Origin: Podarcis filfolensis | Lineage: Eukaryota | Assembly (NCBI GenBank): GCA_964270895.1 | Contig: OZ185450.1 | Reading direction: 5' to 3' (one strand) | Length of the DNA: 64,000 nucleotides | Shown: positions 1 through 9,659 of the stretch, piece by piece | Layout: every line of letters begins with the position of its first letter | How positions within the stretch are numbered: the first letter of the stretch is position 1 | Notes under the pieces: generated by a model | Database searches by the model: none | The model's input: only the letters and a program-made list of their open reading frames with translations | Told to the model about the DNA's origin: nothing | Program-made: the position numbers and the translations under genes

Positions 1-999
1 GCTCATAAGGCATTCAAAAACCATATTGTCAGAAAATCTTTGTTTAATGTCTGGATAAGATATAAAGACCTGCTGGAAAGTAAAACCCCAAGGTGGTTGT
101 CACCTATGGAAGCTAAGGCTCAGAAAAAGCTCAATATGGAGGCTAAATGGCCAAAATATTGGGAAATTTTGGAACAAGAAGGTGACAAATTGAAACTGCA
201 GAGTTTTGAAAAACTAAAAGACAAAGTGCGAGATTGGCTTCATTACTATCAAATAAGAGAGGCCTATAATTTGGATAGAAAAATTGGCTTCCAGGTGGAT
301 AAATCGAAATTGGAAACAGAACTGTTAGAACCAAAAACTAAGATTTTGTCAAAGATGTATAACTTGCTGCTGAAATGGAACACGCAGGATGAAACGGTCA
401 AATCAGCAATGATCAAATGGGCGCAGGATCTAGGTCATAATATTATGTTTGCTGATTGGGAGCAGCTGTGGACCACCGGTATGAAATTTACGGCATGTAT
501 TGCCTTAAAAGAGAACATTATGAAAACGATTTACAGGTGGTACATGACCCCAGTCAAGCTTGCTAAAATCTATCACCTGCCTGACAATAAATGTTGGAAA
601 TGTAAAGAAGCTGAGGGAACATTCTTTCACCTCTGGTGGACTTGCCCAAGAGTTAAGGCCTACTGGGAAATGATATATAATGAACTTAAGAAAGTACTTA
701 AAAGTACCTTCCCCAAGAAACCAGAGGCCTTTCTCTTGGGCATAGTTGGCCAATGGGTGCCAAAGAAAGATAGAACATTCTTTATGTATGCAACAACAGC
801 AGCAAGAATACTTTTAGCTAAATATTGGAAGACACAGGATCTACCCACCGTGGAGGAATGGCAGACGCAAGTGATAGACTACATGGAGATGGCTGAAATG
901 ACTGGCAGAATCCGTGACCAGGGAGAAGAATCGATGGAACAGGACTGGAAAAAGTTTAAGGACTATTTACAAAAATACTGTAAAATCTTTGAGTGTTAA
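1..999 (+). CDS. L1 ORF2p C-terminal region with CCHC zinc knuckle (5'-partial)
   Basis: Frame is open from base 1 (AHKAFKNHIVRKSL...) to TAA 997-999. CWKC-x8-H-x4-C knuckle (CWKCKEAEGTFFHLWWTCP) is followed by the L1-type tail AARILLAKYWK...PTVEEW...DWKKF. Confidence 0.92.
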   Translation, partial: AHKAFKNHIVRKSLFNVWIRYKDLLESKTPRWLSPMEAKAQKKLNMEAKWPKYWEILEQEGDKLKLQSFEKLKDKVRDWLHYYQIREAYNLDRKIGFQVDKSKLETELLEPKTKILSKMYNLLLKWNTQDETVKSAMIKWAQDLGHNIMFADWEQLWTTGMKFTACIALKENIMKTIYRWYMTPVKLAKIYHLPDNKCWKCKEAEGTFFHLWWTCPRVKAYWEMIYNELKKVLKSTFPKKPEAFLLGIVGQWVPKKDRTFFMYATTAARILLAKYWKTQDLPTVEEWQTQVIDYMEMAEMTGRIRDQGEESMEQDWKKFKDYLQKYCKIFEC

Positions 1000-1470
1000 T
1001 AGGATGTGGGAAGTAAAAGTAACAGGGTTTGTGTGACCTTGGCCAAAGGTGTGTGAAAAGAAGAATTTAAGAAAAAAGGATAAGGGGTTATGAACAGAAC
1101 AATATTATGTCATATTTTATAAGATGAGGTACGGATTAAAAAAAATGGAAAATGGGGACATAATAATTAGAATATAACATTAAGTATGGTTGAAACAAGG
1201 TTTTGAATTTGCTGAATCTGATTGGAATAAAGTGGAACACAAAAAAGGGGGATGTGAGGAGGTCAAGACAGAGGGGCATCGAACTTTACAAATTTAAGAA
1301 AGAGTGTTTTTCTTTTTTCTGTTTTTTATTTTTCTTCTTTTATTTTTTTTTCTTTTTTCTGTCACATATTGTTGTTTTTCTTGAGCTTTATGTATGGAAA
1401 TGATACATTTTGAAATGATGAATTCTTTGTTCTCTAAAACTTTAATAAATATGTATTTAAAAAAAAAAAA
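1..1470 (+). mobile_element. Young L1-clade LINE, 3' portion (ORF2 C-terminus, 3' UTR, poly-A); continues past the left edge
   Basis: Uninterrupted frame 1-999. 3' UTR has a purine-rich block and a T-rich block. AATAAA at 1444-1449 and A12 tail at 1459-1470. Confidence 0.93.
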
Positions 1471-2783
1471 CATAAAGTACCTTAAAGCTTAAAACTTAAT
1501 ATTTGTTTGTACATAATTTCTTATATCATTTCTACTAAAGCCAAATATTTTCATTCCAATATTTTTCCTAATACTCATTAATTTTACACTAATTCCCAAA
1601 ATAAATTTTTAATAATTTTCTTCCAATCTTCCTCCAGCGTCTCTTCTTCCTGGTCTCAGGTTATGTCAGTCCTTACTGTCCATTCCATCTAGTCCATCAA
1701 CCTGGTAATCTTATGTCCGAGGCTCTTAAGTCTTTTCCATGTCCCTTCTGCAGATCTTTTTCTTGTTTGTACTTGCACTTTACCTTGTCTTTTGTTGATC
1801 TCTTTCTTAATTTCTTTCCTTTCTCATTGAGGAGTAGGTCTCGGGGATGTTCCAACTCGAAAATATCTCCATCTCTCCTCAGCAGATCGGCCCATTCCCC
1901 ACAGTCCCATTCCCCACAGTCAACAGTGTAGTCCAGAAAATATTTAAAGGCATGTTTCAAAGCCCCTCCAAGCTTAAGGGCCCCCACAACTCCAGAGCCC
2001 CCCTGGCCCACTCCAAATTCAGCCTTCAACAACAACGGCTTATGCTCCTGTAGGGCCTCGGGCCTCTCCATTTGTGTTACTTGAGGTTCAACAGCAGCCT
2101 CCTCCATTATCTTCTGCGTTTGCACTTGCTCTATCAAAACAGGTTCCTGGGTTGGCTCCTGAATGTTTTCTGTATAAATATTCACTGGTTTGAGACGGTG
2201 GAAATTTATCTTTCTTTACTCTCTCTCCTGCAGGCTTGAACAGTCAAAATTCCTCCTCTTTACTCCTGCTTCCAAGAGGGGTTTAGATGGTTAAAACAGG
2301 AGGAATTTTAAACCTTTATGTACAACTTTCCAGACTTTAGTTTGCACAATTTTTGCTTCAGACTATTTACAAAACCGGAAGGCGGACTTCCTGTTTAGGA
2401 CCTTCCCACTTGAGTGCCAAATTAAAATGTTTCTTAGCCCAATTTTCCATTCTACTCACGGGTACTTGTTTAGAGTCCAATTGTCCACAGGAAAAAGTCA
2501 GCGCTCTCCGGCAACGGCTGTGCGGCTTCACTCCGTAAAAATAGCGGTCGATTCAAAACACCGCGCCACTCACCCCACGTCGCTTCGGATCCCCGAAAAA
2601 GGGGTTTCCTTGCGTGGGGGGGGCGCTCCTGGTGTCAGCCGAATCCCACGTTCCCAGGCTTCCTCCACCTGGGATTTTTAAAGGGTCTCCGCCTTCGCCG
2701 CGGCGGCAAGACCCGATTTTCGCGGAGCGGGTTCCTCTGGATCAGAGGAATTCTGCCATTGCCGATGGCGCTAACCCGGAAGT
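1471..2783 (-). mobile_element. Non-autonomous L1-derived composite element (L1-like 5' end + internal ORF + L1 ORF2 3' remnant/UTR)
   Basis: Minus strand starts ACTTCCGGGTTAGCGCCATCGGCAATGGC, followed by a CpG-rich leader. Bases 1700-1602 align by eye with the ORF2 end of the young L1 (TTGATGGACTAGATGGA..GACCAGGAAGAAGAG..GATTGGAAG vs GTGATAGACTACATGGA..GACCAGGGAGAAGAA..GACTGGAAA). An AT-rich UTR follows. Confidence 0.7.
1697..2185 (-). CDS. Hypothetical ORF inside the L1-derived element (162 codons from GTG, 136 aa from the first ATG)
   Basis: Open frame with acidic N-terminus and Lys-rich C-terminus. No motif recognised. The stop coincides with the start of the ORF2-derived tail. Coding status is unproven. 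Confidence 0.3.
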   Translation of the reverse strand: MNIYTENIQEPTQEPVLIEQVQTQKIMEEAAVEPQVTQMERPEALQEHKPLLLKAEFGVGQGGSGVVGALKLGGALKHAFKYFLDYTVDCGEWDCGEWADLLRRDGDIFELEHPRDLLLNEKGKKLRKRSTKDKVKCKYKQEKDLQKGHGKDLRASDIRLPG

Positions 2784-3158
2784 CAAGAATTGATGCTTTT
2801 GAATTATGGTGCTGGAGGAGACTCTTGAGAGTCCCATGGACCGCAAGAAGATCAAACCTATCCATTCTTAAGGAAATCAGCCCTGAGTGCTCACTGGAAG
2901 GACAGATCCTGAAGCTGAGGCTCCAATACTTTGGCCACCTCATGAGAAGACTCCCTGAAAAAGACCCTGATGTTGGGAAAGATTGAGGGCACAAGGAGAA
3001 GGGGACGACGGAGGACAAGATGGTTGGACAGTGTTCTCGAAGCTACCAGCATGAGTTTGACCAAACTGTGGGAGGCAGTGGAAGACAGGAGTGCCTGGTA
3101 TGCTCTGGTCCATGGGGTCACGAAGAGTCGGACGCGACTAAACAACTAAACAACAACA
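2784..3158 (+). mobile_element. Bov-B (RTE-clade LINE) 3' fragment
   Basis: Encodes RIDAFELWCWRRLLRVPWTARRSN...LQYFGHLMRR, then frameshifts. Has the typical tail GGGGTCACGAAGAGTCGGAC.CGACTAAAC and (CAA)n. Confidence 0.95.
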
Positions 3159-3929
3159 CTGAGCTAAAAGGGTTAAAAACAACTTGATAGTGCTTTAAGG
3201 AGCTAGCTAGCTTAGCACCCCCTGCTACTTACTTAAGGGGAAGTAACCCAAGGCTGGAGAGCCCCAGTTATGTTTTGCATGACCCGCCCCACTCTCCTCT
3301 AGGGAACAAACATCCTTTGCTAGGCAGCTACACGACATCGTCAACAAAAGGTTGTTTTCGCTGTGCTCCTTCCGTTTCCCCCCTCCAATTGCAGAAAATC
3401 CTGCTTTTTGAGAGCAGTACATTCCACGTGGATCGCCTCGGCGCCGAGCTAGTCTTCCGCCTTTTAAAAGCAATGAGGTCCTTGGGCGTGGAAGCCTCTT
3501 TCCGGGCTAAGCAGCTATAGCCAGGTGGTGGTGTTTTAAATCAATCTTTTAACATGTGCTTGTGTTTATTATTGTTTTAAAATATTAAATTATTTGCACA
3601 AAATGGCTCAAACGAAAAAGCATTTTTGTGCAAAGTTAACAACTAATTTTTACACAACCACCCCATGCTGCCTTTTAGTCCTTCCGATTGGTGCCAACAC
3701 TGTGTTAATTCCCCCCCGCGGAGTCTTCTAATTTCTTCTGCTTTCTAACATCGAACTAGTAGCACTGGAATTATGAAAAAAAAAGCATTTCAGTGCAAAT
3801 TGCCAAAATAATGTATAGAAATGGATGAAAAGTGACTTTAAAACATGAGATGCGGAGGTGAGCTTCCCTTCCTCGCCCACCCAGCAAGGTGACACGCAGT
3901 AGGGCAGGTGGGGTACACCGGGATGAACA

Positions 3930-4083
3930 CGTAGGGTACACGTCGGGATTTTTGTAAGGGGGGCAGGACTTTTGTTAGGAGGGGGAAGAACCGATGTGAT
4001 CGGTACGTTAGTTAATTATTTCTATTGTTTTACTTCATCGGGAGGGGCAACTGCCCCGTGCCCGCCCCCCCGGCTACGCCCAT
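3930..4083. mobile_element. Small hAT-like MITE (right end GGCTACGCCCATG; left end degraded)
   Basis: Right terminus and internal GGATTTTTGTAAGGGGGGCAGGAC resemble a common lizard MITE. No TSD resolved. Confidence 0.5.
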
Positions 4084-4859
4084 GAGTCTATTGCAAATTT
4101 GCACGCAGCTTCCAGCGGAAAAGCAACGACCCTGGGGTGAGCCCCGTCTGGAAACCCCCTTCAAAAGCCAACCCGGGAGCGCATTGTCTGCCTGCCCAGC
4201 GCTCAGCGCGCGCGGAGCTTTTGTCTAAGGTGCAAGGGGGCAGGGGCGAGAGCTGCTCCGATGCCCTCAGCTGTGAGGCTTTGGCACAGGCACGATTAAT
4301 TGGTCAATTTCTATCATATTCTTCCTGCTTCTGTAAATTAAATGCAGCTTTTTGTTTTTCTTGGAAGGAAATAATTAATCCCCCACCCTCCTGAGGAGAG
4401 GCCATCTGCCCCAGCCTCCTGCCTCTGCCGAGTGTTTGAGCCTCAGCCCTCTGGGGGAGGGGATTAGATCTGGAGACGGAGGCTGCCTCTCGTGGAGCGC
4501 CAACACCTTCCGCCCCAGGTCTCAAAAGTGCTTTGCAAACATTCATTTATTCCGCCATGGAAGACCTAGCAGGGTTCTGTGTCGGGCGCAGATGGGGAGA
4601 GCGAGCGAGCGAGGGAGGCGCCATCTCCCCTGCCAGCGATGGTGGCCCAGAGATGCCCAGAGCCCCTTGTCATCATGTGTACCTACTCCATTTCATAGGG
4701 GGTTAAAGTTACCACAGCTCCCTTTAGGAAAGGAGGTATCACTGGAACTGGACACCAGAGAGAAACCAAAGAAGAGAATGGCTTTGAAAGGAGACGCCTC
4801 TTCTCCTCAGATGACACCTTCTGCCAAAGCCTAGGGAACCTGAGAGATACCAGAGCAGC

Positions 4860-5580
4860 ACAAAAAGCACCGGATTAAAGACCTGCAATAAGTCACCCAC
4901 TGTTTCCAGCTCTACCTCTTAATCCAAGCTGGGAATCAGTAGCCAGCAAGGGTGGGTCTTAAAGATGGCATCAAACACTCATTGCAATTGGTGCCTGCCT
5001 CTTTTCAGAGGTGAGGGAGCTCCAGAGAGTTGGTTCCTCCACAGAAAAGGCATTTCCTTGGATTGCTGCTTACACTTGCTGGGACAGCCACCTCTAATGA
5101 TCTTAGCAATTGGTCGGGTCTATTAGGGGAGAAGGGATGCGGGTGGCGCTGTGGTTTAAACCACAGAGCCTAGGACTTGCCAGTCAGAAGGTCGGCGGTT
5201 CGAATCCCCGCGATGGGGTGAGCTCCCGTTGCTTAGTCCCTGCTCCTGCCAACCTAGCAGTTCGAAAGCATGTCAAAGTGCAAGTAGATAAATAGGTACC
5301 ACTCCGGCGGGAAGGTAAACGGTGTTTCCATGCACTGCTCTGGTTCGCCAGAAGTGGCTTAGGCATGCTGGCCACATGACCCAGAAGCTGTCTGCGGACA
5401 AACGCCGGCTCCCTCGGCCAATAAAGCAAGATGAGCGCCGCAACCCCAGAGTCGGTCATGACTGGGCCTAATGGTCAGGGGTCCCTTTACCTTTTTATTA
5501 GGGGAGAAGGTGTTCCTTCAGATATCCAGCCTCCAAGTTGTACAGAGTTTCGTGTCAGCAAGAACACCTTCAATTTGGCT
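4860..5580 (-). mobile_element. Old L2-type LINE 3' fragment interrupted by the Sauria SINE
   Basis: Degenerate L2-like 3' sequence on both sides of the SINE TSD; boundaries approximate. Confidence 0.5.
5134..5495 (+). mobile_element. Sauria SINE, full length, with 15-bp TSD
   Basis: A box TGGCGCTGTGG and B box GGTTCGAATCC (5197-5207). Bov-B-like tail AGAGTCGGTCATGACT and terminal CCTTTACCTTT. TSD TATTAGGGGAGAAGG at 5121-5135 and 5496-5510. Confidence 0.96.
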
Positions 5581-8251
5581 GAGTAAAAAAAATGGCAGCC
5601 AACGCAGCTCCTTCAGAACTGGTAAAATATGGTTGTGGTAGGCTACTCCGTACAGCACTCCAGCCACCATGTTCTGTACAACCTGCAGCTTCCCAACAAG
5701 AACAGGTAAAAGGCACTCCTAGCCATTAAGGACAGTTATGCCTTCATTGATAACAATGGTGCTATTGGAGGAGGAAGATGCTAAAGACGACGGTGGTTAT
5801 TCAGCTGCAGTTGTTCTTGGAGGGACCAGTGCAGGTTTTGGGCTCTTGAACCTTGCAGTACATTGTTTGGACTCCCTGTGGCATTGAGCTTGGACCATTG
5901 ACTAATCTTGTCTCTGGACTATGTTCTGGACTGATTTCCTGTGGCCTTTTCTCTCCCTGCCCTGTCCATTTCTACCTTCTGGGTTGATCCTGGTGCATAG
6001 AGATCGACAAGATGGAGTATTGTTTAAGGGCTGTTGCTGGGGTCAAGATGCTTAATTTTGGAAATGTGTGATTTTCCCTTTCATCTAGCTTCTTCTTCTT
6101 TAACATCAAACAATCCATTGATAAGTCTTATGTGATTTAATGAGCATATTGTTTATATGACTATTTAAATTTTGTTATACCTTGTAATTGTTAGTGAATT
6201 ATCTTATGAAAACTTCGTGATGTGCGAGCTGCTTTGAGCATGGCTTAACATGGAAAAGCAGCTCATAAATAAACAATGGTGATGACGGCGACAGTGTCAT
6301 GCTTTTCCTTGATAGGCTGGGAAGGACTTGGTTTTTGCACACGTCAGCACCAATGTAGGGTGCCGAGTCTACAAAAGGTCTGCTTGAATGGAATGGAACC
6401 GACTGCTGGCACTCAATAGCAAAAAAAGGCAGCAGACGAGCTTTTAAATTTGACTCCAGGGAAAAGCTTGCAAGATCTGGGGAGCATTCAGTTCAGGAGA
6501 TATTGAGCAAAAATGTTCATGATTGTCCAAATGAAGGTGGGGTGGAACTAGGCAGTGAAAGAGCACTGTAGGAAGACATGATAGCCATTCAACATTCTAT
6601 AAGATATATTGTTCTATTCTCAGCCGCACTAGACGGGCAATGTTCCCATCTGAGCACAGCTCCTGAACTCTGCCAGGCCCCTCTCTCTTGGACAACCTCA
6701 GAGACAGGAGTGGGGTTTCCTACAGTGTTTTAGGGACTGTGGTGTTCTCCTAAAGTAGTATGCAACACATCCTCTTCTGGGAATGCCCTTTGCAGCCCAG
6801 TCAAGGCACAAGTGAGCACCACCTCTCAGTCTTCAACTTGCTCTGCTGCTATTCTTCAGGGATATCTGGCACTGCCTGTCCTGGACTCAGAGACCTTTGG
6901 CATGCAGAAGAAGAATGAGAAAAAAGATACCTGCCTCCGGAGAGTCATTAGCCCAGAATTGACCAGCTTATCTCTGTTCTCCTCCTGTTAACCACAGAAC
7001 ACTTTGTGTCCAATTATAGTAAATCAAAGATGAGTTTATTAAGGATAGTGGAGACAGTTGAATAGGCAAAGGGGGAAATGGAGCAGTAGCACTGCAACGA
7101 AAGATAGAGGAAAGCAGCTCCTTCCTGACCCTTGAGAGCTGCCTTGCCGTATCAGGTCGAGGATGGTCCATTTTGCTAAGGTTGCTGTTTCCAGCAGAGG
7201 CCAGCCACAAGATCACGGGAAGCCCCCCAGCAGGGCATGAAGACCACAGGCCTCCTCCCACTGATTGTTCCCCAGACGTGGCATTTAGATGCAGACTTCT
7301 TCTGAACATGGAGGCTCCATTAGCCATTGATAAGACATTGACTCTCTCAGGAATTTGTCTTTTCCTTTTCAAAAGCCATATGAGGCACAATTCAGACCCT
7401 GCCAGAGTCTCGTGGGAGCTGCTTATCTCTGGTCTAATTCTGCACTTTTCCAGGAAGAGGTACAAATGCATTTAGAATACTTTTTGATTTCAAATGGGCT
7501 CTTAAAACTATTTTACCCTGATCAATGTTTTTAGTTACAGCTTTTGTGGCTGATAATGGCTTTTACGTTGCTGTTTTTACTGCAGGTGTGCTATTATTGG
7601 GATTGTTTTTAGTTTGTCTGACTTACTCTTTTACTTGTAAGCTGCCTTGGGTTTTGTTTCATCATAAAAGGCAGGGGATACCTGTCAAAATAAACACATA
7701 AATAAAAATACAAAAAGTGATAATGTTCCGTCTGTTCTGGTGTTGCCCATTCCTCTCAGGGCCAGAGATGCTGGTGCAGGAAGAAATGGCTTCCTTCTCT
7801 TGACATGGCATGGGGCTACAAAAGCATGTCAAGCAGCAACTCCCATGTAGCTAAAAGCTAGTGGTTATCACTATACCTTGTGACAGTGAACCAACCTTGC
7901 AAGTTGTGTGACGAAGTCATACTCCCCTGTGCCCCCCCCCACTGCAAACCTGTCACAAATAAATTTTGGTGGTCATCCCGCATTTTTTGAGGGAGAAAAA
8001 CATCTCTGCCATTCTTTACACCACTACTAGAGAGCTTACACACTTGTTCAACTGCACCCCCACCCTAGTCATATTTAATGTAGAAGACATAAAGAGTTCC
8101 ACATGCTAGTTCGTTGGCCGCTGAGATGAGGACAAAGGTCCTGGACATTATAGCATGGTAAAAGGGACTGCTCTTTCATCCAAAGGCTGCTCCACAAGGG
8201 CTGACTAGCTACTGTTGCTGAAGATATAGGCCGTGGCTGGGGAACTGAATA

Positions 8252-8471
8252 CAGTGGTACCTCGGGTTACATACGTTTAAGGTTACATACGCTTCAGGTT
8301 ACAGACTCCGCTAACCCAGAAATAGTACCTTGGGTTAAGAACTTTGCTTCAGGATGAGAACAGTAATCGTGCTCTTGCAGCGCGGCAGCAGCAGGAGGCC
8401 CCATTAGCTAAAGTGGTGCTTCAGGTTAAGAACAGTTTCAGGTTAAGAACGGACCTCCAGAACGAATTAAG
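8252..8471. mobile_element. Tc1/mariner (Tigger-like) MITE lacking its right TIR
   Basis: TA + CAGTGGTACCTCGGGTTA left end and repeated CTTCAGGTTA motifs. Breaks off at GAACGAATTAAG where the right TIR would be expected. Confidence 0.8.
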
Positions 8472-8781
8472 GGGTGGCTTCCCAGAGGTGGGGGGAGGAA
8501 GAGGAGGAGGAATGGAGCTCCCCAGGAGTAACAGCTTGTTTTAAAATAACCTTTTTTACCTAGACACTGCCCCACCCTAAAATGGGCTGCTCAGACTGTT
8601 CCATGAACGAATGAGGCTGCACTACAACCTGCAGCTCCTTCAGGGCTGAGCAGGCAGATTTTGGAGGCTCTTCAGACTGTTGTCCACAAAAAGTTTTTGC
8701 CAATAAATCTGCCAGCTTAAATCCTGCTGCTGTTTTCACCTTGAGATGAAATTCAAGTTCTCAGTCTGTGATTTCTTTCAA

Positions 8782-8796
8782 GTTGCCATGGGCAAC
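8782..8796. promoter_or_regulatory. Candidate RFX X-box
   Basis: GTTGCC-ATG-GGCAAC fits GTNRCC-N0-3-RGYAAC; palindrome extends to AAGTTGCC/GGCAACTT. Function not shown. Confidence 0.4.
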
Positions 8797-8844
8797 TTTA
8801 ATATTTCACGGCAAATCTTTTCTGCTCCATAAAGGGGTTGGGGA

Positions 8845-9023
8845 CAGGGGTGCCAACGAATAAAATATTTTGTGTGTGTGTCAGGTAAGCCCTGCATAAT
8901 CAACCACAAGACACACCCACCCCATTTTAATGGCAACACCTATCTACTTTGGGGGGGGCTGGGCCCCTCAAATATTTTGAGGGACACTGAAGGGAGCTCG
9001 ACCCCTAGGAGTTCGCTACTATG
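8845..9023. mobile_element. hAT-type MITE
   Basis: Left end CAGGGGTGCCAAC, degraded right end GTTCGCTACTATG, imperfect 8-bp TSD GTTGGGGA/AATGGGGA. Confidence 0.6.
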
Positions 9024-9659
9024 AATGGGGAAGTTAAGCCTCTTGGACATACAAAGTCTCCTCTACTGTATTATCTTTGGTACCAGAATTTAACACATTT
9101 GCTACGCTGGCATTCATCATTTTTGGCTGCCCCTGTGTCCCCACCCCCACAATCCCCAGAAGGCCTGGGCTGGGCAGAGTTTTATTCTGAGGTCATTACA
9201 GCTCTCTGCTTACAACCAATCTTACTTTGAGGTGAGGGTGTCGCTAAACCCCCACTCCCAATGAGTGTCTTATAAATGGTCACTACTAACTCTGTCCAAT
9301 TCAGTATTGGAACAAAAGTTAAATTCAAATTTGGAAAATCAATTAGGGACCCCATCTCCTTTGGTAGGAAAGGCCCTGTGATGAGTTATCAATGTCTGCA
9401 CTTATTCATTCACTCTTAGATTCTATGAACCAATCCCTCAAGGTGATTTACAACAAAAATAACAACTACCATCAACCAGGCAAGTCCTTAAAAAACAGTT
9501 AATGAAAATAGTTTATAAACAATTATTAACATTTCAGGAATAAAAACAGGATTCACACTCCCTCCTACTTTCCAGCAAAGCCTGAAAGACACCCAGGAAT
9601 GAATCCAGCCTCTAAACTGAGAAAAGGAGGATGCCACAACCAAAAAGGCCATGATGATG

